A stretch of DNA of 64,000 bases from Neocallimastix sp. 'constans' (GCA_050613775.1 JBODTK010000012.1:992001-1056000); one strand, 5' to 3'; counted from the stretch's first letter, positions 43,430-60,894 are shown. The notes: generated by a model from the letters alone, not told the origin. A program made the numbers and translations.

Positions 43430-44050
43430 TCACACAATACCATGCTCCTATAAATATTTTTATTGTATTGTTGTACTTTATTTATAGACTATAGTTGATG
43501 GGGTTTGACCAAAACAGACATTTTTATTTATATATATGCCTAATGTTCTGCTAAATCTTTTGTTGAATGAATTCTTATTTACACAATAACAAGCATTAAG
43601 TAATAGAGTGTAATTGTTCTTGTCTTCTCTATTTATATTTTCCCCATGTTCTATTAAAAATTTTACAAAATTCTCTTTTCCATGACGACAAGGAGTAAAC
43701 AATAATTATTATTCTTATTTCTTATTTCACTGAAATTTGTTTTTTCTTTTTTATATCTATTATATGTTACACTAAAACTTTTTCTGAATTTTTATTTCTA
43801 CTTGAGTAGGCAACATGAAATGGAGTTAAACCAATTTTGTCTTATTTATATCTTTTCCATGTTCCACTAAAAATTTTATTATATTCTAATTTCCATTTAA
43901 ATAATGATGTTTGATCTTATTTATTTTCTTTATTTATATTTTTCCAAGCTCAATTAAATATCTTAACAATAGATTCATTTTCAATTTTACAGACATTAAA
44001 TAAATAATAGGATTTATCACATCTATTAAATTGGAATTCATTCAAATTAA
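43430..44050 (-). pseudogene. Ankyrin-repeat pseudogene
   Basis: Ankyrin-like fragments are interrupted by frameshifts and stops: CRHGKENFVKFLIEHGENINREDKNNYTLLLNAC, YLFNVCKIENESIVK, GQTP, LVEHGKD. Confidence 0.75.
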
Positions 44051-44319
44051 TTCTAAACTTATATTTATTATTATCAATTTGTTGATGTAAAGTGGAATTG
44101 GTTTTTGGCGTTTTATTTTTATAAAAATATAGAGTAAAAATAATTTCATTATTATTGTTATTATTATTAGTAATTTTCACATTATTTTTTATTATCCTAA
44201 TAATAATATATATATATTATTATTACTATATTCAATTAATATTATTGTTGTTGTTGCAATATTATCGTTAATATATATATTATTAATTTAATATTTATTT
44301 GTTTATATTTATTTATTTA

Positions 44320-45720
44320 TCGCCCCCTCAAGAACACGGGAATATTGAGGTAGTCACAAGACTTTCGTATACTTTCGCATAAACAGATAATGTTCCTACT
44401 GGATGGCCTTACTGAGTGTTTAGCATTAGCGTTCCGACATGTATATTGTCAATAATCTTGATCACACTTATAAAAGTAAAAGCAAAGAACCCAAAGAAGA
44501 TGATATAGCAATGGTAGACGTTACTATTGAAGGAGTCAAAGGAAAAACATTGATTGATTCTTGTAGTAATTTAAAAATTATTACTAATCAATTCCTTAGA
44601 AAGTTACCTTCTGTATATGAACCTGTTGGAATCAGTCGTGGAAGAATCCGACTAGTAACTATTAATAATGATTATTCTGAAGATTATTTAATCAATATTC
44701 CTATACAAATTAATAATTTCCATATGGTGGCTACATGTAGAGTTATAGATAAAGAAGATCTTTTCTTTGATATTTTTATTAACTTAAAAACTCAAATGGA
44801 TCATAAATTGTTTATTCACCCTATTCTTTATAGTCTTTGCCAATTCAATGATAATGGATTTGTTGATGAAATTGCTCCTATAAACAATCAATATGAAAAT
44901 GAAGAAAAATTAGTCTGTTTTGTAAAAGCTATTTCTAATGAATCTGTTAAGAAAGAACTTAAGAAAATGGAAGGTCTTCCTCCTCGAGAATATATTCAAA
45001 ATAAAAAATTTACCAATACTCTTAATAAAAAGTATCGAGATCAAATAATTAAACTTTTAGAAGATAATATAAATATAATTACTACCTCTTCAGAAGATTT
45101 AACACCTTCGAACTTATCTCCACATAAAATTCACCTTAAACCTGGTGCTAGGCCAATTAAACAAAAATTTTATAGAATCTCAAAACTTAAAACAGATATT
45201 CTTAAAGAAGAACATACAAAATTAATAAATAAAAGACTTTTTGAACCCTCATACTCGGAATGGTCTTCACCTATTGTTTTTGTTCCTAAACCAAATGGTA
45301 AATGGAGAATGTGTGTTGACTATAGAAAAGTCAATAATGCTACAATAAAAGATTCGTATTCTCTTCCAAATATTAACGAAATATTCGATAGTTTAGATGG
45401 TGTTATAATATTTACTACAATGGACCTTTACTCCGGATATCATCAAATACTTATGGATGAAGAAAGCTTTGAAGTTACCAGGTTTATCACAAAATTCGGA
45501 AATTATCAATTCAAAGTCATGCCTTACGGACTTACTAACGCTCCAGCAACTTTCCAACGTGAGATGAACAAATTTCTCTTCCCTTTCTCTGGTGATTTTG
45601 TTTTCAACTTCATTGACGATATTCTTATATACTCAAAATCTTTATAACACCTCGAACATATTGCTAAAGTACTCGCTGTTTTCAAAGAACACAAAACTAA
45701 GTCCAATATTGAAAATTATT
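44320..45720 (+). mobile_element. Ty3/Gypsy pol fragment (aspartic protease + RT), truncated
   Basis: Protease TLIDSCSN; RT motifs SEWSSPIVFVPKPNGKWRMCVDYRKVN, DLYSGYHQI, MPYGLTNAPATFQR, FIDDILIYS, then a premature TAA at 45645-45647. The abutting 44320-44438 reads on the minus strand into TTGAGGGGGCG, which may be a polypurine tract of an oppositely oriented copy. Confidence 0.9.
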
Positions 45721-46160
45721 TATTTTCAAAATATTTTTGAAAATTAGGTTTTTTATTTTTTATCTTTTTTATTTTTTTTTTTTTTGCTGTTGTTATTATT
45801 GAAAATAAAAAGCAAAAAAGATAGTTATATATATATATACATCTGAATATGAACTTTATTTAATATTTATTTATATATATAAAGTCAAAAAAAATTTTTT
45901 TATCTATTTAATATTAAAATAATTAACTAAAAATATTAATCGAAACAAAACTAAAAATAAAATTTAAAATTTCAATTATGATATATATTACTATTTATTT
46001 ATGTAACTTTTTGTTAAAGTAAAATATTATAGTTCTATATGATAGTATAAACTTATATGATAATATAAACTATATTTATGTATTTATATATATATATATC
46101 TATTAATTTTATTTAAATTGTTAATTTTATTTAAATTAACAATTTAAATAAAATTAATAT

Positions 46161-46260
46161 GGTATGGCAAAGTATCCAATGAAGATCTAATACATTTAAG
46201 AAAGAGAGTGGAGGCTCTATTGTACTTCTCTCTTATTAATTTCAGTCTAAGAAAAAAAAA
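46161..46260 (+). mobile_element. Possible ~100-bp retroelement 3' tail
   Basis: Short GC-richer island ending CAGTCTAAG(A)9, echoing the GTCT-(A)n ends of the family A LINEs. Confidence 0.35.
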
Positions 46261-46684
46261 TTGAAATATTAATAATTATAATGCATTTCATAAAATAAAA
46301 TAAAATTAATAATTATTATTTATTCCTTAATAATTACTATATTATTTATAAATTAAAACTTATTATGCTATAAAAAAATAACCATTATATTTAGCATGTA
46401 TTTTCATTATTTTACATTACATATTAATTATTTTTATGATCATGTATAGATAATAGAATATTATTGAATAAAAATAATAATTATTTAATATTTTTTTTTT
46501 ATAAATATATAAATAAAATATAATAAATAGAAGAATATTAATAAAAGAGTCCAGATTAAATAAATAAAATAAAATAAATAATAAGTAGTAGAAAATAGTA
46601 AAGTATTAATAAAAATGAAAATAAAATAAAAATTATGGATTTAATGAATAGTTTTAATTGTTTATTCAATATTTTTTTATGCTT

Positions 46685-47950
46685 TAATAATAAATAATAA
46701 ATAATAAATAATAATAAATAATAAATAATAAATAATAAATAATAAATAATAAATAATAAATAATAAATAATAAATAATAAATAATAAATAATAAATAATA
46801 AATAATAAATAATAAATAATTAAATAATAAATAATAAATAATAAATAATAAATAATAAATAATAAATAATAAATAATAAATAATAAATAATAAATAATAA
46901 ATAATAAATAATAAATAATAAATAATAATAAATAATAAATAATAAATAATAAATAATAAATAATAAATAATAAATAATAAATAATAAATAATAAATAATA
47001 ATAAATAATAAATAATAAATAATAAATAATAAATAATAAATAATAAATAATAATAAATAATAATAAATAATAAATAATAAATAATAAATAATAAATAATA
47101 AATAATAATAAATAATTGAATAATAAATAATAAATAATAAATAATAAATAATAAATAATAAATAATAAATAATAAATAATAAATAATAATAAATAATAAA
47201 TAATAAATAATAAATAATAATAAATAATAAATAATAATAAATAATAAATAATAAATAATAAATAATAAATAATAAATAATAAATAATAAATAATAAATAA
47301 TAAATAATAAATAATAAATAATAATAAATAATAATAAATAATAAATAATAAATAATAAATAATAAATAATAAATAATAATAAATAATTGAATAATAAATA
47401 ATAAATAATAAATAATAAATAATAAATAATAAATAATAAATAATAAATAATAAATAATAAATAATAATAAATAATAAATAATAAATAATAAATAATAAAT
47501 AATAATAAATAATAAATAATAAATAATAAATAATAATAAATAATAAATAATAAATAATAATAAATAATAATAAATAATAAATAATAAATAATAAATAATA
47601 AATAATAATAAATAATAAATAATAAATAATAAATAATAAATAATAAATAATAAATAATAAATAATAAATAATAATAAATAATAATAAATAATAAATAATA
47701 AATAATAAATAATAAATAATAAATAATAATAAATAATAAATAATAATAAATAATAAATAATAAATAATAAATAATAAATAATAAATAATAAATAATAAAT
47801 AATAAATAATAAATAATAATAAATAATAAATAATAAATAATAAATAATAAATAATAATAAATAATAAATAATAATAAATAATAAATAATAAATAATAAAT
47901 AATAAATAATAAATAATAAATAATAAATAATAAATAATAAATAATAAATA
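46685..47950. repeat. (AATAAAT)n heptamer satellite, ~1.27 kb
   Basis: Tandem array with interspersed AAT insertions. It produces the spurious 424-aa minus-strand ORF. Confidence 0.96.
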
Positions 47951-48785
47951 AATATCAAAGTATAATAAAAAGAAAAAAGAAAATTAAAATTTAAAAAGAA
48001 TTATGATATATTAATAGTCATGTATATATAAAACTTTAAAAACTTTAAATGATAAAATATTTTCTTTTTTTAATTAATTAAACTAATAATTGCCAAATTT
48101 TTCACATTCAAAAATTTAGTGGATTAATTTAAATAATTTTTTTTTAGAATAACTATCATGAACACAATTTATTCGTTAATGGTAAATTAAAAAAAATTTA
48201 AATATAATAAAATTTCAAAATAATTATTATTATAAATAATAAAATTATCCAATAAATAAAAAGAAAAATAAAAATATAAAAAAAAAAAAAAATAATAAAA
48301 ATAAAAAATTGAAAAAAAAAATAATAAATGAATTTAAAACTTTAATTTTAATTTTAATTTAAATTAAAATTATTGTATTTTATATATTCACATATAGGAA
48401 TACTATATAAAACTATTATTTTAGACAATTAGTAATTTTATATTCTTTTACTACTTTAATTTTATATAATAGTTATCTTCGAATTTAAATATTTGTTAAT
48501 TTTAATGAATTATTATTTAATTAATATTTAATTAAACAAAAATAATTATAATCATAATAGTTTAATAATATTATAAAGATAATTAAATATAAAGTTTTGC
48601 TTTTTAAAATTATAAATATTTATATATATATTGATAAAAAAAAAAAAAAGTTTTATTTTGTTAGCATAAAAAATTTTAAAAAAAATAAATTATCGAAAAT
48701 AAAGATTCAATTTTTAAAAAAATATTATATATTCATTTATATAAAAAAAATTTTTTTTATCTAAATTTTTTTCAATTAAATCAAA

Positions 48786-49226
48786 ATGAAAATTAATTGT
48801 ATTAATTGTATAGTCTCTGCTATTTGCTTAGCGTATTTTACAACTGCTTTTCCAATTTCAAAATCTTCAGATGTTGATACTATATCCGTTCTCAGCGTCG
48901 AACCGGTCTATACTATTAATAATATCACACCAAATAAAAATATTAATAATGAGGTTAATGCTGAAGACATTGATATAACTTTCAAAAAGAAGAGAAGTCA
49001 TAGAAAAGTATTTGCTAAAGGACCAAAAGGAATGTTTAAAAAAGTTCTTAGTAAGGATCCACATAGAATTGCTGCAATTAAAGAAGAAATTAATAATATT
49101 GATGGAGAAGAAATTAGTGATACTGAGGATGAAGCAATTTTACTAAATCGTAGAGAAGCCAAGAAATATCGTTTAAAAGCAAGTAAAAAGTATCGTTTAA
49201 GAAATTCTAAAAAGCCTCAAAATTAA
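48786..49226 (+). CDS. Small secreted protein, putative prepro-peptide precursor (146 aa)
   Basis: ATG in AAAATG context; signal-peptide-like MKINCINCIVSAICLAYFTTA/FP; alternating acidic and basic blocks; dibasic sites KKKR(67-70) and RR(122-123); coding-like GC against AT-rich flanks. Confidence 0.8.
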   Translation: MKINCINCIVSAICLAYFTTAFPISKSSDVDTISVLSVEPVYTINNITPNKNINNEVNAEDIDITFKKKRSHRKVFAKGPKGMFKKVLSKDPHRIAAIKEEINNIDGEEISDTEDEAILLNRREAKKYRLKASKKYRLRNSKKPQN

Positions 49227-49463
49227 GGAGGAAACGTTATAAAAAAAAAAAAAGAACAATTAAAGAAAGAAAAAAATTCTATATTATTTATTATAGAATG
49301 AAGAGAAAAAATTGTACAATAACTGATTTCTTTTAAAAAATGATAATTTCAATAGATTAAAATAACATGTATTTATAAAAAAAATAATAATAAAAATAAA
49401 TAAAATAAAATAAATATTAATGAAAATAATACTACTACTAATAATAAAAATTTTTTTTTCCTA

Positions 49464-49495
<32 letters not shown>

Positions 49496-50457
49496 TGATT
49501 GTTAATTTGTTTGCTTTTAAATTTATTTTTATAATAAATTTTATATATTTATTTGTTTATATATATATATATATATTTTTAATTTATCATTATTTATTTA
49601 TTTTATATTAATATGTAAAATATAAGTTATCATATATTAGAAAATTATTAGATACTTAAATTTATAATATATATATATTCATTTTTATTTCTTTTAAAAT
49701 TATTACAGTTATATATATATTATTTTAATAAAATTATTAAAGTAATATATATAATTATAATCAAGAGAAGTAAAATAAGTTAAAAAAAAATCGATCTTGA
49801 ACTTGAATGGATTTATGAAGTAATTTATCTTTAGTTATGAATCTGATATTGATTTTTTTTTAAAATAAAAAAAATTTAAAACTAATAAATTAAAAATAAA
49901 TTTAAAGATTCTATTTGTTTTTTTATTATTTATTATATATTTTGTTTATCAATAATATTTATAATAATAATAATAGTAATACTTCAGCGGTAGATACTAC
50001 ATTTATTAACATGATTGGCTACAATAGTACATTGTACAAAAATAAAAAAAAATTATTAATAGGAAGAATTCATTTTTAGTTATATCATATAAAATGACAA
50101 TTTACAGTGGCTAAATACTTCAAAGAAAATTAAGGCTAATTTTAATATTCTTTTTTTTATTTTTTAATTTTTAATTTTTAATTTTTTTTTATTTTTTTTT
50201 TTATTTTTTTAAGAAAAAAATTATTTCTCAATTTTATGAATAAATTTTTTATCTCAGTCAATTTTTAATTCTTTAATTTTAGTTTTTTAATTTAATTAAA
50301 ATTATTTATATATTTTAATCTTATAATTATTTACATTTTCATTTATATATATAAAAAATTAAAAAAAGAAATAGTATTCTAAAATAATTTTAATAAAAGT
50401 ATCACTATAAAATTATTAAATACCTTAAACAATATATATCAATATATATATATAAAA

Positions 50458-53525
<3,068 letters not shown>

Positions 53526-53782
53526 TTCAATGAAGTGAATACAATTGATAAGGAAAATCCATATATTAGATGAGAATGGGAAATTGTTAAAGAATATATA
53601 ATAGTCAAAAATATCTTATTAAAAAATTTCTATTTTTACAGTTCTTTTAAAAATATATATATATAAAGATTCTTAATGATTTATTTATTAAATTTATTTT
53701 ATTAAGTGAAACTCGCAATAATTAATTTCAATATTAAAATTAATATATAATTAATATAAAAGATAAAAAGATAATCATTTTA

Positions 53783-53817
<35 letters not shown>

Positions 53818-54610
53818 TTTTCATTTTTCATTTTTTATTTTTTATTTTTCATTTTCATTTTTCATTTTATATTTTTTATTTTATATTTTTTATCTATTAT
53901 TTTTTATTTTTTATTAAATTAAGTATTTCATTTTTTTTACTATTTATCATATTTAATAATAAAATAAACTTTTATTTTTTAGAATATTATCGCTTTTTTT
54001 TTTATTGTTATGTAAATGTAAATAATATATGTTTTAAATTTTTATCTCTATAAATAACACCAATAATAATAATAATATATATATATATATATATATATTT
54101 TTGGATATATTTATTTTATTTTAATTTTATTTCTTATTTCTTATTTTTTTTTTTTTTTCTTTTTTTTGTGCTTATTTTTTTGTGCTTATTTTTTTTTTTT
54201 TTTTTTTATTGTACAATGTGTAACAATATATAAATATAATAATTTAATTCTTTCTATATTTCCTCCCCCTTTTTTTTATATAAAAAGGAAATAAAAGAAA
54301 AATTAATTGATGAAATAGAAAAATTAAATAAATAGAGCAATAAATAAAGAAATTTATAGATTTATAAAAATTTTATTCTAAAATGAATCAAAGATTTAAT
54401 GAGAAAAAAAAAAAATAATAAATAAATAAATAAATAAATAAAGAAAATAAAACTTATAGAAATGAATTTTTAAAAAAAAATGTAAATTAAATTAAATTAA
54501 AATAAAATAAATTAAAATTAAAATTAAAAAAATAAAAATATTAATAAAGAGAATAAAATAATAATAAAAGTATTTTTTTAAATATTATTATTTAAGTGGA
54601 AAAAAAAAAA

Positions 54611-57600
54611 TTAACATTTTCCATTAGCATCAGGTATCTCTCTTGGATCGTTACAACGAACACATCCATTCTTATTACATTTTGCACATTTTTTATCACA
54701 AATATAACATAAACCTTCACTTGTCATGTAACTATTTTCACAAACACAGAATCCATCACTGATAGTAGCTCTAGAATCCTTACAGGAAGTGCATGCTCCA
54801 TGTTCATTACAAGTAGCACATTCAATACCACAAGCTTCACAAGTTTGACCGATGAAATCTTCATAATAAGATTTGTCACAAACACATTTACCATTTTTGT
54901 TTGGTACTCTATATTGATTGGTACATTTAACACAACCATCCTTTGTACATTTAGAGCATCCAGTATCACAAACAATACATTTACCATCATCATCCTCATA
55001 GTAACCTTCAATACATTGACACTTTCCATTTTCATCTGCTTCTTTATTCGTATCGACACAGGTTAAACATCCATACTTGTTACAGGTTGAACATTCTTCT
55101 TCACATTCAATACAATCTCCATTCTTTAGTTCAAAGAAGTGAGTACCACATTTACATCCTCCTTTTCCATCTATAACCATATTTTCCTTACATTCACTAC
55201 ATCCTTCTTCAGTACATGCAGCACATTCATCATCACATTGAATACAATTTCCATTACCATCATCATAGAAATTGCTCTTACACATACAACCACCTTTACC
55301 ATCCAATATTTTATTTGGATCAGCACATCTAGTACATCCATTTTTATCACATTCAGAACATTCACCTTTACATTCAATACAACCACCAGTATCTATAGTG
55401 TAGAAGTGTTCCTTACAAATGCATGATCCTTCTGCAGTTAATTTCTTATTTGGGTTCAAACAAGTCTTACATGTTTCCTTATTATCACAACTCTCACAAT
55501 CATCACCACATTTAACACATACTCCATTCTCTTCAAAGTAACCATCATTACATTTGCATTCGAAATCTTTATTTGGAGTTTTATTACTCTTAGAGCAGAC
55601 AGTACATCCTTTCTCTGTACAAGTTTTACATTCATCATCACATTTTTTACAAAGTTCACTACCATCATCATAGTAACCATCATTACATACACAGATACCT
55701 AGTTCATTTGCCGTTTTATTTTTATCGGCACAAGTTTTGCAAGTTGTAATACTTTCACAGGTGGCACAGGTTTTATTACATTCAACACATTGACCATCCT
55801 CTTCGAAAAATTTATCCTTACAAATACAGTGACCATTTGGACTTGGGGTTCTGTTCTTATCCTTACATTTAGTACAACCAAATTCAGTACATTCGGTACA
55901 ATCACTACTACAGCCAATACAGTCATTACCCTTTTTACTGTATCCGCTCTTACATTCACATATCTTATTTTTATTTGGTGATTTTTTTATGTCTGCACAA
56001 ATTAAACAGCCTTCTTTATCACAAGTTCTACATTCTGGTTTACATTGGATACATTTACCATTATCATCTTCATAGAACCCTTCAATACATTGACATTTAC
56101 CATTTTCGTCGACTTTCTTATATTCATCGAGACATGTCTTACATGTTTTTTTATTATCACATGTTGCACAATCGTCATCACATTCTTCACATACGCCATT
56201 ACCACTATCAAAGTATCTGCCTGAACATTGACATTTACCATTTACCGGTGCTTTCTTTTCATCCATACAAACTACACATCCACCTGCATCACATTCAATA
56301 CAGTCGCTACTACATTCAATACAACTGCCATCGTTACTCATGTAGTGGTGACTCTCACAAATACAGATACCACTAGTACTGGGTTTCTTCAATGAATCCT
56401 TACAGGTCTCACAGGTAGTTTCATCTTTACAGGTAGCACAGTCGTCTCTACATAGCTGACATTCCCCATTATCCATATAGTATCCTGGATTACATTCACA
56501 TTTACCTTCAATAGTGGTTTGATTATCTTTAGCACAAGATGTACAGCCTTTTTCATTACAAGTTTTACATTCTGATGAACATTTAATACATTTTCCATTA
56601 CTTTCATAGAAACCTTCCATACATTCACATTTATTTTGATCATTGACAATCTTGTTTTCTATGACACAGGTCAAACATTTATCCTTAGTACAAGTAGCAC
56701 ATAATTTGTCACATTGGGTACATGATCCATTGTCATTGAGGTAAAAACCATCTTCACATTTACAGCCACCCTCTCCATCAGGAATCTTATGTTCAAGGGA
56801 ACAAGTTAAACAATCACCATTTATATCACAAGTAGCACACTCAGTTTTACATTGTACACATTCACCCTTGGTATTTTCACGATAACCAGGACGACATTTA
56901 CAGACATTATCAATATTAGCAACCTTTTCTTTAAGACTACAACTCAAACATTGGGTTTTATTACAATTGCTACAATCATCTCTACATTTAATACAAGCAC
57001 CATTGAAATCATAGTAACCAATCTTACAACCACACTTGCCATCACTCTTTGGTTCCTTCTTATCATCCGTACAAGTAATACATTTTCCTTCCTTACACTC
57101 ACTACATCCACTATCACATTTGATACATTCATTTCCCTTGGCATAGAAACCTTTCTTACATTTACAACTTTTACCATCAGGTTCCTTGTTTGGATCTAAA
57201 CATTTTTTACAGGAACTAATATCACATTCAGAACATCCTTCTTTACATAGTAAACAGTTGTTTTCACCATCATTATAGTAGCCCTTAACACATTCGCAAG
57301 CATGACCATTAAGATATTTCTTTGGATCAGAACATGATAAACATCCTTCACTATCACAGATACTACATTCCTTGTCACATTCTTCACATTCATTATTGGA
57401 TTTAGTGTAGAATTTAACATTGCATTCACAAAAGTTTTCATTGCCACGTAGACGAATTACTTGATTTGTATCAGGACATGTTTTACAACCATTAATGTCA
57501 CATGTTTTACATCCCTTCTTACATTGTAGGCACTTACCTGATCCGTTATCGTAGTAACCATCCTTACATACACAGACTCCATTTTCATCTTGTGTTTTAA

Positions 57601-59114
57601 GTTTATCTACACATTCCTCACATTTATTATCAGTACATTTCTTACAATCCTTACCACATCCTTTACATTCATTTCCTTCAATATAGTATCCTTCTTTACA
57701 ACTACAGACTCTATCCTCATCTGGTTCTTTCTTTGGATTTTTACAAGTTAAACATCCCTTTGCATCACATGTACTACAGGATTCATCACATTTAATGCAA
57801 TTTCCTTTATCATTCTCATAATAGCCTTTTGGACATACACATTCATTATTAAAAGATACAACTTTAAGTTCATTCTTACATCCTAAACATTGACTTATAT
57901 CACATACGGCACAATCTTCCTTACATTCAACACATTTGCCAGTTCCATCGTTGTAATATCCTTCATTACAAATACATACTCCCTTTACTGATGATTTTAA
58001 ATTATCTTCACAAACTTCACATCCATCGGCGTTACACTTTTTACAGCCAGGATCACATGGAGAACAAGTACCCTTGAGATTTAGATAGTAGCCATCTTTG
58101 CATTTACATCCGCCTTTACCATCAAGAATTTTATTTTCAATTGCACAGCTTGTACAACCATCTTTGTCACAGGAAGAACATTCAGAATTACATATTTCAC
58201 ATTCATTTGGACTCTTTAAGAAGGTACCTCTTTTACAGACACATTTATTATTACCATCATCTTCCATATTTGCTATTTTACATTTTTTACAAGCACCTTT
58301 AACACAATCTTCACAATCCTCATTACATTTAAGGCATATACCAGTACCATCATCATAATAACCTTTTTTACAAACGCAAATACCATTTTCATCTGCTTCT
58401 TTAAGATCATCTAAACATGTTATACACCCTTTCTTATTACAAGTAGAACATGGTGAAACGCATTTAATACAGGAACCATCACTTTCAGTGTAAAATCCTG
58501 GTTTACAGGAACATGAACCATTGCCATTTACTTCTTTATTAATATCAGAACATAATGTACAACCCTTCTTATCACAAGTAGAACATTCCTTATTACATTC
58601 AACACAATAGCCTAAATCGTTCATATAAAATCCACTCTTACATTCACAAACATTTTCTTCATTAGCAACCTTATTATCAATTTTACATTTTGTACATTTT
58701 TCTTTTGTGCATAATAAACAATCATCATTACATACTTTACATTTATTCATATCATCCTTATCTAAGTAATATCCATCTTCACATTTGCATCCTCCATTTC
58801 CATCAGTAACCTTCAAAGGATCTTTACATTTAGTACAACCGTTAATATTACAAGTTTCACATTCTTCTTTACATTTGGTATGAACACCATCAGCATTTGG
58901 GAAGTAACCTGGTTTACATTTACATTCACCATTTTCTAAGCTACTGCTGTCTTCATTTTTACATTTACTACATTTTGTAGAACTCTCACATAATTCACAA
59001 TTTACAGGGCAAGCTTTTATATTTAATTTTTTTTTTATGTATTAATATTAATAAGAAATAAAAATGATTAAAAAAATTAAAATAAAATAAATAAAATTAA
59101 AAAACAAAAACAAA

Positions 59115-59162
<48 letters not shown>

Positions 59163-60622
59163 TTATATATTAATTTTTTGTATATATCATTTATATTCAT
59201 TTTTAAATAAATTTAAATCGTAATAAAATTTATAAAAAAAAAAAAAAAAAAAAAAAAAATTATTTTTTTTCATAATACTTTTTTTACTTCAAACTTTAAT
59301 AAATTTTATAAAAACATATTAATTTTAATATTGTTTACATAAAATAATAAAATTGATAATAAAAAATAATAATTAAATTAAAATTAATAGTAATATTAAT
59401 ATTTTTAGATTTTACCTTTGCATCTACATTTATCATCACTGTAGGTTCCATCTTTACAAAAAAGATCTACTTTAAACCTGGCAACTCCACTAGAAATTGC
59501 ATCAGTAAATTCATCATAAGTAACATTTTCCATTTTAGTTTTTGGTAAATTACCACGAATATTGGTCATGGTTAATGTATAACTTTTGAAATATCCTTTA
59601 ATTTCTTTATCATCTACTGACCAATTAGCACTTTCTTTTTGATCAATAATAATACTTAAACAATTATCAATAACTTTATTTGTTAATTCATTAAAGGAAA
59701 GCTTTTCATCAGAGGAAATTGTACAAACTACTTGGTTACCATTTTGATTTCCACATTGATTTTGATAAATTTCAATAATATACTTAGAATTAATTATACC
59801 ATCTACATGTAACCTGTCTTCGGTTTGTTTCTTAATAACGTAACCTTCAAAGAAATCACCAAAAAGTTCATTCATTTGGGAATAGTCAATGAAATATGGT
59901 TTCGCAATTTTATAGAAATCAGTATTTGAACAATTATCTTTATTTATATTTTCAACAGAAATGTAGAATGTCCAGAGAGAACTACTGAACGAATCATAAT
60001 CAATATAAATTCCACATTTTTCTCTTAAACTATCCAAACCTCCATTCATATCCCATTCCATCGTCGCATATGGAACATTATTAGAAGATGGACCAAATTG
60101 TTGCGCTGGGAAACTCTTGTTAATTTTTTGTGGTTTTTCATTAGCATATAATAAATAGGTAGCGACTAGAGCATTAGCTTTATACTTTTGTTTTATGGTC
60201 AAACCATTACAAGTTTTTAAATTTTTAATTATTATACCAATATATTTTTTACTATAATATCCTGAATCTACGATATAATTTGTAATTTTTTCACCATCTT
60301 GAGTTACTTCTAAATAATTTTGAACGTCCGACATTTCAAAGTTAACAGCATTTCTTAATCCAGGATTTCCATTTATCAAATTTGTTACTTTTAAATTAAA
60401 ATACGTATTGGATAAATCTTCATATATTTTTTTAACAGAGATATTTGTTACATCATTAGAAACACCAAAATTAATAAAATTTATTGTACATTCATCATCC
60501 TCTCTTAAAACACCTTCATTTGTATATTTTACTGTAACAGCATTTACATTAAAAGTATTAAAAAGAAGAATACTAAATAAAACTAATAGATTTAATGGAT
60601 TTATATGTATTCCCAGTTCCAT
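54611..60622 (-). CDS. Large secreted Cys-rich protein with ~30 furin-like/CxxC repeats (~1,869 aa, 2 exons: 60622-59416, 59013-54611)
   Basis: Signal peptide MELGIHINPLNLLVLFSILLFNTFNVNA. A phase-1 GT-AG intron (59415-59014) joins CRCK|ACPVNCELC in frame with the 1401-aa ORF. The ~47-aa, 8-Cys unit is CxxxCxxCxxxxCxxC..CxCxxGYY..C. Confidence 0.92.
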
Positions 60623-60657
60623 ATTTTCTTTTTCCAATTCAATTTTATTTTATTTTT

Positions 60658-60707
<50 letters not shown>

Positions 60708-60845
60708 CTTGTTATTTTATTTTAATTAATTCTGTTTTATTCTTATTTTTATTTTATTTTTTTTCACTTTTTTTTGTTTATTTATTTTGTAATTTATAAT
60801 TCTTTGATTATATATTTAATAGAATAGATAAAAAAAAATTATTAA

Positions 60846-60894
<49 letters not shown>

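Noticed and set aside
46684..47958. 424-aa minus-strand ORF (LFIIYY repeats)
   Set aside because: It is a translation of the (AATAAAT)n satellite with no coding complexity. The same applies to 16581-16904 and 17945-18139.
54724..58358. Many short alternate-frame and antisense ORFs
   Set aside because: These are by-products of the Cys-rich gene's repetitive codon pattern.
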